A DNA stretch of 64,000 nt from Octopus sinensis. Lineage: Eukaryota. The first letter of the stretch is position 1. Each line of letters begins with the position of its first letter. Made by a program: the position numbers and the translations under genes. Under the pieces are notes generated by a model that did not search any database, was not told the origin of the DNA, and saw only the letters and a program-made list of their open reading frames with translations. Where the stretch lies: contig NC_043015.1 in the NCBI RefSeq assembly GCF_006345805.1, positions 35,836,001 to 35,900,000 on the forward strand, written 5' to 3'. Below, piece after piece: positions 1-12,330 of the stretch.

Positions 1-239
1 ACGAACACTCGATATACAATGGTGGCTGATTCGTGCAAGTAATTTACAGTATAAACGTAAATCGCGAAAAACTACTTCTAAATTTTTTTGGTCTCTCTTA
101 TGGAATCCTAGAATAAATAAATGCTACTTTTGAATCGTGTCAGTTTGACCCTCTTTCGCGTGAACATGAATGTTCACATTTGCCAATCTTCCCAATGGGA
201 ATGGATACATTTCAGAAATAATTTTATAGCAAATATTCT

Positions 240-370
240 GCTCACTGCCACATATTTGCTTGTCATTTACTTGACCTTAACTGTTTGAGCATGTCTCCCA
301 ATGGCTAACAATATGTGCATCTCTAATCATGAGCAGGAGTGGTGCGGGAGCATCACAGCCAAGTGTTGAT
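240..370 (+). mobile_element. Fragment of the putative 3' UTR of a Dong/R4-type LINE (same family as 27478-28335)
   Basis: 301-369 (atggctaacaatatgtgcatctctaatcatgagcagg...agcatcacagccaagtgttga) matches the reverse complement of ~27740-27808, which lies 3' of an R4-type ORF relic. Confidence 0.55.
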
Positions 371-540
371 GCTTTGAAGTTTTAATAAATGTCGTTACAA
401 AGGAAAAGTTTGAAGGAAATTATTAACCATTTTTCATACTTTTTAGACGAAATCAAATCGGAAATAAAAGCTGCTACCAAAAAATCGTGTTACATTTTTA
501 ACTGGATTTTCTGAAATAATTAAATAAGTTGGATGGCTAT

Positions 541-775
541 TACCTATTTCTTTACTACCCACAAGGGGCTAAACACAGAGGAGACGAACAAGGACAGACA
601 AACGCAGTAAGTCGATTATATCGACCCCAGTGCGTAACTGGTACTTATTTAATCGACCCCGAAAGGATGAAAGGCAAAGTCGACCTCAGTGGAATTGAAC
701 TCAGAACGTAACGGCAGACAAAATACGCCTACGCATTTCGCCCGGCATGCTAACGTTTCTGCCATCTCGCCGCCT
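541..775 (-). mobile_element. tRNA-derived SINE, family B, full-length and well preserved
   Basis: Minus strand: ggcggcgagatggcagaaacgttagc (A-box-like)...gagttcaattcc (B-box-like)...gtcgactttgcctttcatcctttcggggtcgattaaataagtaccag (resembles the Deu/Nin central domain, from memory)...tail ccccttgtgggtagtaaagaaataggta. Many diverged copies occur elsewhere in the window. Confidence 0.85.
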
Positions 776-1166
776 TTTGTATGGCTAACACCTGTTTAAT
801 AACTGGTACCAGAATATCACCCAAATTATCCTTCAGGATGTTGCAAAATCTACTTTTGGACTTCGCTATTTAAACGACAACAGGATTGATGATAACAGAT
901 CTAAAATTGCAGCTGTAAACACAATCGGTCGTTAATACAAGATCACTAGTGTTACCATGCTAAGACTCCAAACCACAGGCGCAAGCAAGATTATTTAGTG
1001 AAAAGCTCGTCTATGCGGTTTTTCAGTTCCACTGTCCTGCAAATCGGGCAAGTATATTCGAATATATGCCCCAAATAAGTAAAATTGTTAGACGGAACTG
1101 GCGTAGAAATCTGTCGTACACACAGACACAAGCGCACATGCATACATATGTTCATATGTATGTAAG

Positions 1167-1187
1167 TATATATATATATATATATAT

Positions 1188-1256
<69 letters not shown>

Positions 1257-1266
1257 TGTGTGTGTG
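1167..1266. repeat. (TA)n(TG)n compound microsatellite
   Basis: Seen directly; it produces the spurious HT and CV runs in ORFs 991..1341 and 1066..1683. Confidence 0.95.
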
Positions 1267-1269
1267 TAC

Positions 1270-1484
1270 TGTTACGACCCCGTGGCCATAACCCGAATTT
1301 ACAGAATCAACGAGGATAGGGTGAACCCAAAACAACAACATACCAAGAAATTTTTTTCTAAAATATTAACAATAGTCAGCATAAACAACAGCTTACATAC
1401 AAAAGAAATATATACACGAACAAAAAGCAAATGCTACACCAGATGTACAAAATATTTACCAAGGGAATATGCGTATATATATAT

Positions 1485-1533
<49 letters not shown>

Positions 1534-2375
1534 TATATATACATGTTTATATATCAGTTCAAGAATTCGAACACCGAATCCTGGTTTTTGGTTTCAACAA
1601 AATTGGCCTTACACAAATCTGGCCTCACAAATTTGTTTTTTCAAAAATATGCCTTCCAAAAATTTGGATTTCATAAAATCTGATTTTCCATTTTAGTACA
1701 AATTCTGTTTTCGAACCACCGATTTTGTACAGTGGTTGTCGAACAATGGAATGCGATCAGTGGATTTCGAACCTAGGAATGTCATAAAATCTGTCTTTTA
1801 TCAATTCGGTGTTCAACCTTGAGTTTCGAACCTTGGACTTAAACATAATTAAATCTAATGTCAAAACAACCATTTAAACTAAAATTTCAAGACACAAAAC
1901 GGCTGCCAGACTACATCAATAATTATAGTTAAAAAATGTAATTGTCAAACCAGAGGCTAGTTTGCTTAAATTCACACAAAACTGCTTCATACAAGCTGAG
2001 TAACCTTTAGACAAAATTTACAGTTAGTAATTACTACACAACCTGTAAAAAATGCAGGATTCAAAATTCACATAAATATTATAACGTAAAAGATTTTTTG
2101 TACTCACCCAGATGTGACACAGAAAGTATTTTAAATCCGACAAAAGTTCTGGTAAATTCCTAGGGCATAAAATAAATCCATAAAAGCCGAACACAAAACA
2201 CAAGGCGCATAAACGAAACTGGCAATCGTAGCTTCCAGAATCCTAACGGACAAATTTGTCTCACAGAAAAAAGCTGTCACAAAAATTGGGCAGACCTGGT
2301 TGTCGTTCACAAAAACTACTACACCTGGTTGTTGTTCCCTCAGTTTCTCTGTCTTTGGTTTCTGTACTAGTTACA
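1270..2375. mobile_element. Possible solo LTR or LTR-like insertion
   Basis: ~1.1 kb block between microsatellites that begins TGTTAC and ends GTTACA (near-inverted TG...CA termini), with an internal short repeat acctggttgt(c/t)gttc. No clear TSD, PBS or PPT. Confidence 0.3.
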
Positions 2376-2425
2376 TAAATAAATGAATAAATAAATAAAT
2401 AAATAATAAATATATATATATATAT

Positions 2426-2457
<32 letters not shown>

Positions 2458-3016
2458 ATATATAATATTTATTTATATATATGGGGAGAGTTTACGAAAA
2501 AAAATACGAAGACAGGTGGTGTACAAAACAAACAGATGTATTAGTATAACGCCCAGGAATAGAAAAAGTCTTGTATGTATGTATATCGAAATAGAGGGAG
2601 TGGAACAAGAGATTGGCAAATGAAGATGTAACCTTCATATAGTTACGGTAACCTCTGTTTGATGAATAGCTGACTACCCATCGTTGCGTAATTATTTGAT
2701 TATTGCTTCAGATGTTCTGCTAGCCAGGAAAAGCTAGGTAGCCTGGAATTTTACCTGTACCACTCCCTCAATTTCAATTTTTATTTGCGTTCATAGCAAT
2801 TCTAGTTGCCAACTGTGATCTATATATAACTCACCAGCTTATGGAATTTACTCGTGACTTTGATATGGGTAAAGTTATATAACCCTCGTGTTCAATAAAT
2901 TGTTATTTTCGCTGAATCTGCTCGGTCCATTTTTTCGTTTCCATACTTGCCACGGACTGACTGCTTGAAGCTTACTAACTTACTACATTTGGATCCTTGG
3001 ATCTTACCGTTATATG

Positions 3017-3054
<38 letters not shown>

Positions 3055-3065
3055 TATACATATAG

Positions 3066-3492
3066 AGAAGCTTACTTATCAATTGCATGCTTCCGGGTTC
3101 AGTACCACTGCTCGACATCTTGGGCAACTGTCTTCTATTATAGCCTTGGTCCAACCAAACTTGTGAGTAGTTTTGATAGACGGAAACTTAAAAAAAGTCC
3201 ATAATCTCCCCCTCTCTCTCTCTCATTCATTTGCTCTCTCTCTCTCTTTACCTTTTTCTCTCTCTCTCTTTATCTCTCTCCCCCCCTCTCTCTCTTCTCT
3301 ATATATATATATATATATATTAATTTATGTGTATGCCTTTGTGTCTGTTTTCCCCACCATTGCTTGACAACCAATGCCGGTGTATTACTGACACCTAAAT
3401 GTAGGGTTTAGGCAAGAGGGAACGCGATAGAATAGGTTCGATTTCTTCGACTAAAACACTTTAAGGCGGTGCTTCATGTAAAAGAATAAAAG
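3066..3492 (+). mobile_element. tRNA-derived SINE, family A, diverged, with internal (CT)n/(TA)n expansion
   Basis: ccgggttcagtaccactg...cttgggcaactgtcttctattatagcc...ttgtgagtagttttgatagacggaaact...gcttgacaaccaatgccggtgt...aaggcggtgct is collinear with 20212-20560. Confidence 0.75.
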
Positions 3493-4458
3493 GATATATA
3501 TACATATGATCAATAGATTATCCGTATGTATAAATACGTGTGAGAAATGAATTAGGGCTTTTGGAATATGAAGAAAAGGACGAACAGTGACTGTGCGCAT
3601 GATGGAAGAGGCAGCAGGAAGTGCCTCTTGCTAGTTATCGAGCAAGAGGGCAGAGTTAAGCTTGGAGCCAAGAGATGATGAACAGGGATTTCGCCTCTTC
3701 TTCTGACCCAGCAATGGGACAGTGTTTCGGTTCACGGACAAAACACCGGTTGATCTTTGAATGCCGTCTGATCATATCTGCTTCTCTTTGGTAGAACTTC
3801 ATTTGTTGAATGGAAAAGAGGCACCATCTTCAAGGTGCTATTGATATCATATGCATAAAGAAAACAAGACAGATTGGAAGAATGGTGTACAGAGAGAAAA
3901 ATAGAAAGATATATGAGAGGAATGGATGGTGAAACATAATATACAACAAGAAAATGCATAGACGATCATAATAAGCGGCCTAGACAGCGATAAATAATTT
4001 GACGAGAGTTAAAGAGGAGAGTAAATAGATTACGTCCTTGAAAGCTGTGTCAAGATCAGAGAAAAAAAATCATTGCTTTCTACGGTATGAAATTCATTGT
4101 GATGAAGTTTATAAGTAAATCTTGCGATATTGCTCAACAAACGCACCTCCGAGTTAAAACATCGTAAAAATAGATTTCTTAGACCGAAATATATTTTATT
4201 GAAAGCCATCCCGAGGTTATTAAGATTATAAATATTTTTCAGACGTACAAGACACTAAGTAAATTGTATGCGAGTGTGTACGTATGAATATCTGTGTATA
4301 TATTGTCTATACATAACTGCATTATTTATATACACACATAATATATTCGCGCACGCATACGCATACAAACACACCCACCCACACTCGCACACACAATGTT
4401 TATACGATTGTTCTTCGAATTATTACAACCACTCCTAATGTTTATTGCTATTATTGCT

Positions 4459-4521
<63 letters not shown>

Positions 4522-4957
4522 TCGTGGACATGTTTTTATTGCGTAATATCAACTACACTGCTAAGCGAAGTTCTGTATAGAATGCTATTCTCTGCTTTTA
4601 TATATTATATTGTTTTCAAAAATGATGTTTTATGTCTTCTGTACAGTGTCTATTAATATTATTTTCTGTCTATTGTTAAAATGAAAGGAAAGCCCGGGCT
4701 CCCCGATGTATTTCATTGCAAGTTCTCCTCAGACACCAATTATCATAATAATAAGAATCACCGTATGGTCCATTCCTTCTCGGAATCCTGACAAATTTTC
4801 TCCGAATTCCTTCATACATAATTTTTGTTCACAGGAGTATTTCCTCCCTTCTCTGGCAAAAAAAAAAAAACACTTTCCAAAACACCATTCTCTCATTGTA
4901 ATGTGTGAATACGTCGGCTGATATAAACTGAAAAGTGATATAGTGATAGAAAATTGC

Positions 4958-5028
<71 letters not shown>

Positions 5029-5065
5029 CATTTCTAAATCTCTTATACACTAGCAGTACGATAAT

Positions 5066-5270
5066 GTGATGGTATGTTGTCAACTTAATGTAATCGTCCC
5101 ATGAAAGGGAATAATACTACTGCTATTAAGCTGTGGGAAGCAGCGCTTCCTGTCGGCCTTGACACATTTCCCGTGTCCTGGCCAACGGGAAGCGGTGATA
5201 CCCAGGCCCAAATAGCAATAGTATTATTCCGTCATGGGACGGTCACATTAAGTTGACAACGTACCACCAC
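5066..5270. mobile_element. Fold-back MITE (whole element is an imperfect palindrome)
   Basis: gtgatggtatgttgtcaacttaatgtaatcgtcccatga..ggaataatacta.tgctatt pairs with aatagca.tagtattattccgtcatgggacggtcacattaagttgacaacgtaccaccac. Inner arms cgcttcctgtcggcc..gacac and gtgtc..ggccaacgggaagcg close a 7-nt loop. Confidence 0.8.
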
Positions 5271-5401
5271 TTCATATATCTGTATGTATATATGTATGAG
5301 TATATATATATATATGTGTGCGTGTGTGTGTGTTGTGTGTGTGTGTGTATATATATATACACATATATATATAGATATAGGGGCTTATATATATATACAT
5401 G

Positions 5402-5432
<31 letters not shown>

Positions 5433-5590
5433 ATATATAAATATATAATCCACATATATCTATCCATCTATCTATTCATCTATCTATCTATCTATCTATC
5501 AATCTATCTATCTATATCTATCTATCTATCTGTCTGTCTGTCTGTCTGTCTGTCTATATTAATATATTTAATACACACACACACAAAGAG

Positions 5591-6247
5591 GTGCATATTA
5601 CTAATTTGACAATAAAATGCAGACGGTTGGCAGGATGGATTCTTCGCATTTTCTGAACAAGATAAGAGGAAACTATGATACTCCTTTGGATGGCATTCAT
5701 GATCAGTTACTTGGATTCCTGCTCCTAACCGTGTTCTCCACAGAGTGTAAAATTAACGGCAGAACTCAATGCAATCCAGTGACGCTACACAAAGAAGATC
5801 TTCTCAATGCAACATGTCAGTTGCTACGACGGAATGAAAAAGTGAAGACTCTATTCCTTAGAACGAAAGCGGGAGGATACGCAGTAACATACATGTGGAA
5901 AATCCTAGAAGCACTTGCACCAAAGTTTCGTATTGTCAGTTAGGAGTAGAACCTGCAACAGATTGAGCTTCAAGTTTTCACAGCTCTTCACTATTATCCC
6001 ACAAGAGAGGCCTACATGGGGCAGATATAGGCGTCTATAAAGCAAAAGTGCATCTCCTCCTTTGAAGAGTTCAGAATGAACTTGTCTTGCGGCAAGAATC
6101 TTAAATGGAGGCAGAAGCATCAAACTTTCTCATTTATCAAACGCCCCACATTAGATAGAGTTTAGAGAAAGTGCAGGAAACGAAACGGTGGTGCTCCAGC
6201 GTGGTTGCAACTTTCGAGCTGAAACTAGAACAGGAAAGGAAAGAAAA
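5591..6247 (+). mobile_element. 5'-truncated, internally deleted CR1/L2-group LINE (ORF2 C-terminus pseudogene plus 3' tail)
   Basis: Manual translation from 5591: VHITNLTIKCRRLAGWILRIF*TR*EETMILLWMAFMISYLDSCS*PCSPQSVKLTAELNAIQ*RYTKKIFSMQHVSCYDGMKK*RLYSLERKRE, then a frameshift, then YAVTYMWKILEALAPKF. This fits the LEY...W.P / Q+R.TK / LYSLE.RR pattern after the RT domain of CR1-group ORF2. Ends ggtgctccagcgtgg...ctgaaac plus an A-rich tail. Confidence 0.8.
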
Positions 6248-6696
6248 CTTATATTTACATACATATATGTGTAAAGTTTATTTTGTTTATATTTATATTT
6301 ATATATGTGCGAGTATGTAGGTTATATATTGGAATCACGCTATTGTATATTTTTCCTTCATCCACATTTTATGCAACGTCATTTCCCCGGCTTTAAACTG
6401 TCCTCATTTATATTCATGTATTCAAATGATGTTTGCCGAGTCCAAAAACTTTTAAATCCTTCGCAAATTATTAGATTCCCACTCGTGCGCACTCTGTAAC
6501 ACTGAGTATCACCATGGCGACGATGATGGAGGTAATAACATATATAATTACAACAAATACAACAAGGACCAACGTCACCACAACAACAACAACATCATCA
6601 ACAAACGACGGCAACAACAACAATAATAATAAGGTTATTTCCAATGTTATTCCTGCTATGGTATTAATAATGATAATCACATGTGTACGTATCTCG

Positions 6697-6744
6697 ATAT
6701 ATATATATATATATAAATAATATATATATATATATGCATTTATA

Positions 6745-6805
<61 letters not shown>

Positions 6806-6941
6806 GTGTGTGTATGTATATATATATGGGTATGTATGTATATATATATATATGCGTATATATATATGTATATGTGTGTATACATATATATATATGTATA
6901 TGTGTATATATATATATATATGATATATATACATACATACA

Positions 6942-6996
<55 letters not shown>

Positions 6997-7057
6997 TATA
7001 TATATATTATATATATATATATATGATATATATACATACATATACATTCATATATAT
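6697..7057. repeat. Complex (TA)n/(TATG)n microsatellite
   Basis: Seen directly; source of several YI-rich spurious ORFs. Confidence 0.95.
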
Positions 7058-7497
7058 GGCTGCAGAAATGTGGGATCTTGTAGTTCTGTTTGTTTATTTT
7101 TTGTTTGTTTTCTTTTCATATACTTCGCATTTCAGATTTCAAATCCAATCCTAAATATATTTGATGTTTTGTTGTTTTTTTTCTTATTAGGGATTTTCTC
7201 GGTGCCATGTTTCGAGATTTCCAACATTCAGAAGAAGATGAAAAACTAGCGGAAAAGGAAACACAAAGGAGAAGAATAAAAAAAATGAACTAAACAAGAA
7301 AAAGACAAAAAGAATCTGGAACAATCTTAGCATAAAGAATATAAATCCTTTCTGCTCGATTTATATTTTGCTTTCATTTCTTTCTCTAGCTCTATGGATT
7401 TCACAACATCAGCAACAACAACAACAAAAACAACAATAATGGTGATGATGATGATAATGATGATGGTGATCACAATATTAAATGTTACTATTATACA

Positions 7498-7533
7498 CTT
7501 CTTCTTCTTTTTCTTCTGCTTCTTCTTCTTCAT

Positions 7534-7602
<69 letters not shown>

Positions 7603-7624
7603 GTTATTATTATTATCATTATTA

Positions 7625-7676
<52 letters not shown>

Positions 7677-7680
7677 CACT
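7498..7680. repeat. (CTT)n(ATT)n compound trinucleotide microsatellite
   Basis: Seen directly. Confidence 0.95.
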
Positions 7681-8759
7681 GTCGTTGGTATTATTATCAT
7701 TGTTATCATCGCCATTATAAATCAACGAGAAAACGGAGGAAATATAATTTTTATTCTCATTTTTTCCCTACAAGCATTATCATCCGTAGCAACTACAGCA
7801 ATGACAACAACAGCAATAATAGTAATACTAATAATAACAATAATAATATTTATTGTTATAATAATAATTGTAATAATAATGATAATGGTGATGATGAGGA
7901 TAATTACTGTACGACTGTCGATAACAATATTAATTATAAATAAATAAATATATGAAATTATTTCCGGTGTTAATTATTTATTCATTGTAATTTTATAAGA
8001 CAAAATAATTTTTCAACGGTGAGGATGTGAAAAATAATATAATAATGACCTTAAAACTGAATTATAAGAAAGTTAAACAATTTTACATTTGTTTTGAATT
8101 CTATTAGAGATTTGCATTCTTCGTAACAACGAAATTCATTTCAACGAAATTATTTGCTGCATCTGCTCTGCTGGTCTCAACGAGAACTAAGTGGTTCTGA
8201 CGTTTATGTCGAAACTACGTAGGCTTGGGTTAGATACCCTTGGGCAATGTTTTCGGCTACTATTTTTTACAGTACACTTAGTGGACCACGGATGCTTCAG
8301 TTTAATTCCCTTCAGGGGCAATTCCGCCGGAAGAAACTATACTGTCTCAGGTTGGTAGCATATACGTATCTGTACCCCGGATTAACACAACTATCCCCAC
8401 CCCTGTGTACTGTATGTTTGTAGCAGTGTCTGAACTGTTGCTCGTTCTTATTCCCAGAAATATCGGCCGTCCGTAATCTTCTCTTTTCTCATGACGTTGC
8501 TGGAAATATTGATGTGCAAACAATTAAAATGGATTATTTAGAAATATTTAACTGTTAGAACGGAAGACGAAATATATTGCGGCATATATTGAGATAAATT
8601 TAAGTTTGGAATTTTATTCCCTCCTAGATATATCTCTATTTTTCACGATAAAGATATCTGATAAAGTAAAGATGACAATAAAATACCGTGTAGATTATAA
8701 TGATCATATGAATCTTTCAAATATTTTGTTCTTTGAAGGGGGTGAATGTGCAAGGTTGT

Positions 8760-9395
8760 AAGAACTAGAATGGTTGGAATACCTGCTAACATTATTTTGA
8801 TTCTCTTCACTCTGATTTCATATCCAACCGAGATCAACTTTCACTTTTATCATTCCGAGTTCAACAAAAATTAAGTCCTGGGGTCGATGGTATCGATACA
8901 TTTTTACCCGTCAATGCTGTTGGACTCTTTCTAAATTAAAACCAATGAGTTGTGAATGTGAAAAATCATAGTAGAATTGTCGAAACGTTCTTCTCTATTT
9001 ATTCCGGCTTATCATTTCTATAGTTCAGATCCTGTTTGGGTTATCATTCTTGATATCCTTTCGAGTTATAAGAAATATAGTACACATTAGATACTGCGCT
9101 GCTGGAAACCACTACATATTCCTTCCGTGTTGCTGCGTCACTGGACAAAATCAGAAATGAGAAATCATGATCATTATTTGGGGCGAGGGGGGGGGCTTAC
9201 TACCAAAAGTTGCCGGAGGAACGGGCAAAATTCTTTGCAGTATTTTTCCAAGCTCTTCAGATTCAGACCTCAAATCTCGTCGAGATCAACTTTGGTTTTT
9301 ATTTTTTTTCGGCTTCGATAAAATAAGTCCCAGTTCGGCGCTGCGTCGATATAATTGCTTTCCTCTCCCTTCAAAACTGTTGGCGTTTTGCGCTG
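8760..9395 (+). mobile_element. Cluster of two to three old family-B SINE copies
   Basis: ccgagatcaactttcacttttatcattccgag...cctggggtcgatggtatcga (~8830-8897) and tcgagatcaactttggtt...ttcggcttcgataaaataagtcccag...gcgtcgatataattg (~9280-9357) match the family-B core. Confidence 0.6.
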
Positions 9396-9708
9396 ACAAA
9401 GTCGTTAGAGCGCCATATTTCCTCCAGTTTTGTAAGATCTGGTTGCTATTCCAACCACAAACGACGTTGCTGTTCAAACACCCAAGATGAAGGGAGGGGG
9501 ATAATATAAAATAGCAGACCAATATCGGGGGAATAATATTGAGTAACATCCTTCTCTCAGAATTATTCGCCTTTGCTCCAAATCAGCGACAATTTTTTTC
9601 TACAATATTATTTTTATTTCCTGTTTGGATACATAACCACACGCAGCGACGTGTCTTTGAACAGAGCCGTTTCCCCACTTCAATGTTTATTGTACTCTTT
9701 TTAAATAT

Positions 9709-9760
<52 letters not shown>

Positions 9761-10215
9761 TGTGTGTGGTGTGTGTGTGTCCCCAGGCATGCGGATAATT
9801 ACTGTATCTTTATAACCGTTCGTTTCTGTTTACCATTCTGATTATTCATAGTGAAAGACATACACAAAGGATTCTATATTCACTTTTAACATATATCATC
9901 CTCTATTAAAATTTATACACGACGTGGGCGGCGACAATTTTCTATTGGGACTTGCTTAAGAATACGTCGTTGATATACCTTCGTTTTCCTGCTTTCAGGA
10001 TTGACAAGAGATTATTGAGAGTTTGTCGTTCTCCTTAATATTTAGTAGTAGTAGTAGTAGTAGTAGTAGTATAGTAGTAGTAGTAGTTGTATGTGTGTGT
10101 GTGTGTGCTATTTCTTATTCGTCAGTATCTAATGCACAAGTTTCACAGTACGATGAAAGGTTCAACTCTATTATTCATGAATCTACGCGTGCATGTATGA
10201 ACGAATGATATGCGT

Positions 10216-10232
10216 ATCTATCTATCTCTCTG

Positions 10233-10265
<33 letters not shown>

Positions 10266-10298
10266 ATATCTATCTATCTATCTATCTATATCTATCTA

Positions 10299-10378
<80 letters not shown>

Positions 10379-10430
10379 ATATATATATATATATAATATA
10401 TATATATATATACATATACATATACACACA
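10216..10430. repeat. (ATCT)n(TA)n compound microsatellite
   Basis: Seen directly. Confidence 0.95.
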
Positions 10431-10439
10431 TTGAGATGT

Positions 10440-10769
10440 CCCACCGCTTGGCACCTTGGGCAAGGATCTTCTACTATAGCCTCGAGCCGACCAAAGCCTT
10501 GTGAGTGGATTTGATAGACGGAAACTGAAAGAAGCCCGTGGTATATATGTATATATATATGTCTGTGTGGTTGTGTTTGTCCCCCCAACATCGCTTGACA
10601 ACCGATGCTGGAGTGTTTACGTCCCAGTAACTTAGTGGTTCGGCAAAAGAGACCGATAGAATAAGTACTAGGCTTACAAAGAATAAGTCCTGGGGTCGAT
10701 TTGCGCGACTAAAGGCGGTGCTCCAGCATGGCCGCAGTCAAATGACTGAAACAAAAGAGTAAAAGAGTA
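10440..10769 (+). mobile_element. tRNA-derived SINE, family A, 5'-truncated, otherwise well preserved
   Basis: ggcaccttgggcaag...gaccaaagccttgtgagtggatttgatagacggaaactgaaagaagcccg...cgcttgacaaccgatgctgg...gatagaataagtactagg...ggcggtgctccagcatggccgcagtcaaatgactgaaac followed by aaaagagt repeats. Confidence 0.9.
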
Positions 10770-11679
10770 GAACGTTGCAATGAGTGCTCAACGCTGCATG
10801 TGTGGATAAATAATTTATATATGTATACAATTATAGATATCTACACACATACACAAATACACACACACAAACACACACACACACACACTTACACATATAT
10901 TTATTGTCATAGAGGGAGAGAGAAAGAGAGAGTGAAAGAAATAGAGAAGGGAGAAAGAGAGAAAGAGAGAGAAGCAGTAATAGTTTTAAGAGAAGGAAAA
11001 CGAACCTCCGGCCTTCGCTGGGCCCGCGAAATCGTTACGGGTTTCGACCCTCTTATGGTGTCACAAGTGAACCGCTGTTGCATAATTAAGCATGGTGGAG
11101 CAATTCCGGAGAACCGATATTCTACTGAGGAAGAGGATGGTGTTTTAGTGAATACCCTGCGAGTGAACAACATTGTTTCTGCTTTAATATATTTGGGTGT
11201 ATCTGAGGACTTTAATCAGCAGTCGATATTCTTCTCTTCGGTTTGGCTCCAGCGATCTTCCTCATAGTCGCTGTTTTTTCTTCGTATCCACGTGTATTTG
11301 GTTCTATTTTGTCAAGTATGGACATCAGACAAGCAATTTCCTTGCTATCGTCTTATCAAACCTTTATGTAATCCTTCCAGCTTAGTTTTTAGTTGGTAAT
11401 TTCTGTAGTAGTTTATCTATTCTGCTCAAGGCTGTATGTTATCTCAGCCTCTGGATTCATTAAACGTAGATATTTTTGTTAGCTCATGTGTTCTAACTAT
11501 TTAAATATGTTTTTGTTTTAACAAAGACATGAGAACCACAGGCATCACTCAAAAGCTAGTGTGATCTGCTAGCATACACCATTCTTTGCTAATTATTTTC
11601 GGGCGCTTATATTACTGAGACGAGATATTGACACGTTCTTGTTCCTCTCGCAGTTGCTCCAACGGCTGGAGGGAGGGAA

Positions 11680-11765
11680 GACAGACAGACCACGCTGCCT
11701 GTCCGGGATTCGAACGCACAATGAAACAATTATCATCCAGCTACCCTAACAACTAGCTCACGTTC
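11680..11765 (-). mobile_element. tRNA-derived SINE head fragment (probably family C)
   Basis: Minus strand has gagctagttgttagggtagc (A-box-like) and gttcgaatcccgg (B-box); no complete cloverleaf. Confidence 0.45.
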
Positions 11766-12330
11766 ATACACGTTAAATAAATTCTTGTAAATATGTTTCT
11801 ATGTTTCAAATCACAGTTGCCTTTTATAAATACAGTCATTATTTTTCTGGTCTTTCTATCTCGACTTACTAATTCACTCGTTTTCCAGTTGAGAAAACTT
11901 GAGCATTAATTGTGACCAGAATGGCTTCAGTATTAATGGCTATTAACATACGATTTACATTGAAATTTGTTTCAAGTATTAATCTAATGCTACTTTCATA
12001 TTCCTTCATAAATATCTCGTTCATTTATCTACGTTGCACTCTCCCCAGTTCCTATTTCACTATATCATTAAGTACATTTGCTAGCAATTTATGGTGGCTT
12101 GTTAAATAATTCATCCAGACGTGTTTGATTTTAGATTTTTCCAACTGATGTCCAATTATTTCTGTTTTGCAGCCTCTACATTACTCTTGGCTCATATGAC
12201 TTCCGATGATTGCGAATTATTTTCTCAACGAACTCTTTCGTTTTCATTCCATCTCTGTCCAAATTTCTCACAAGATTTATTATATTTCCCGTATTGTTTA
12301 GGCCGCGTTTGCTTTGTATTTTATGTTTTT

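Noticed and set aside
529-711. ORF with GTYLIDPERMKGKVDL, similar to peptides near 52010 and 62978-63778
   Set aside because: Antisense translation of SINE family B.
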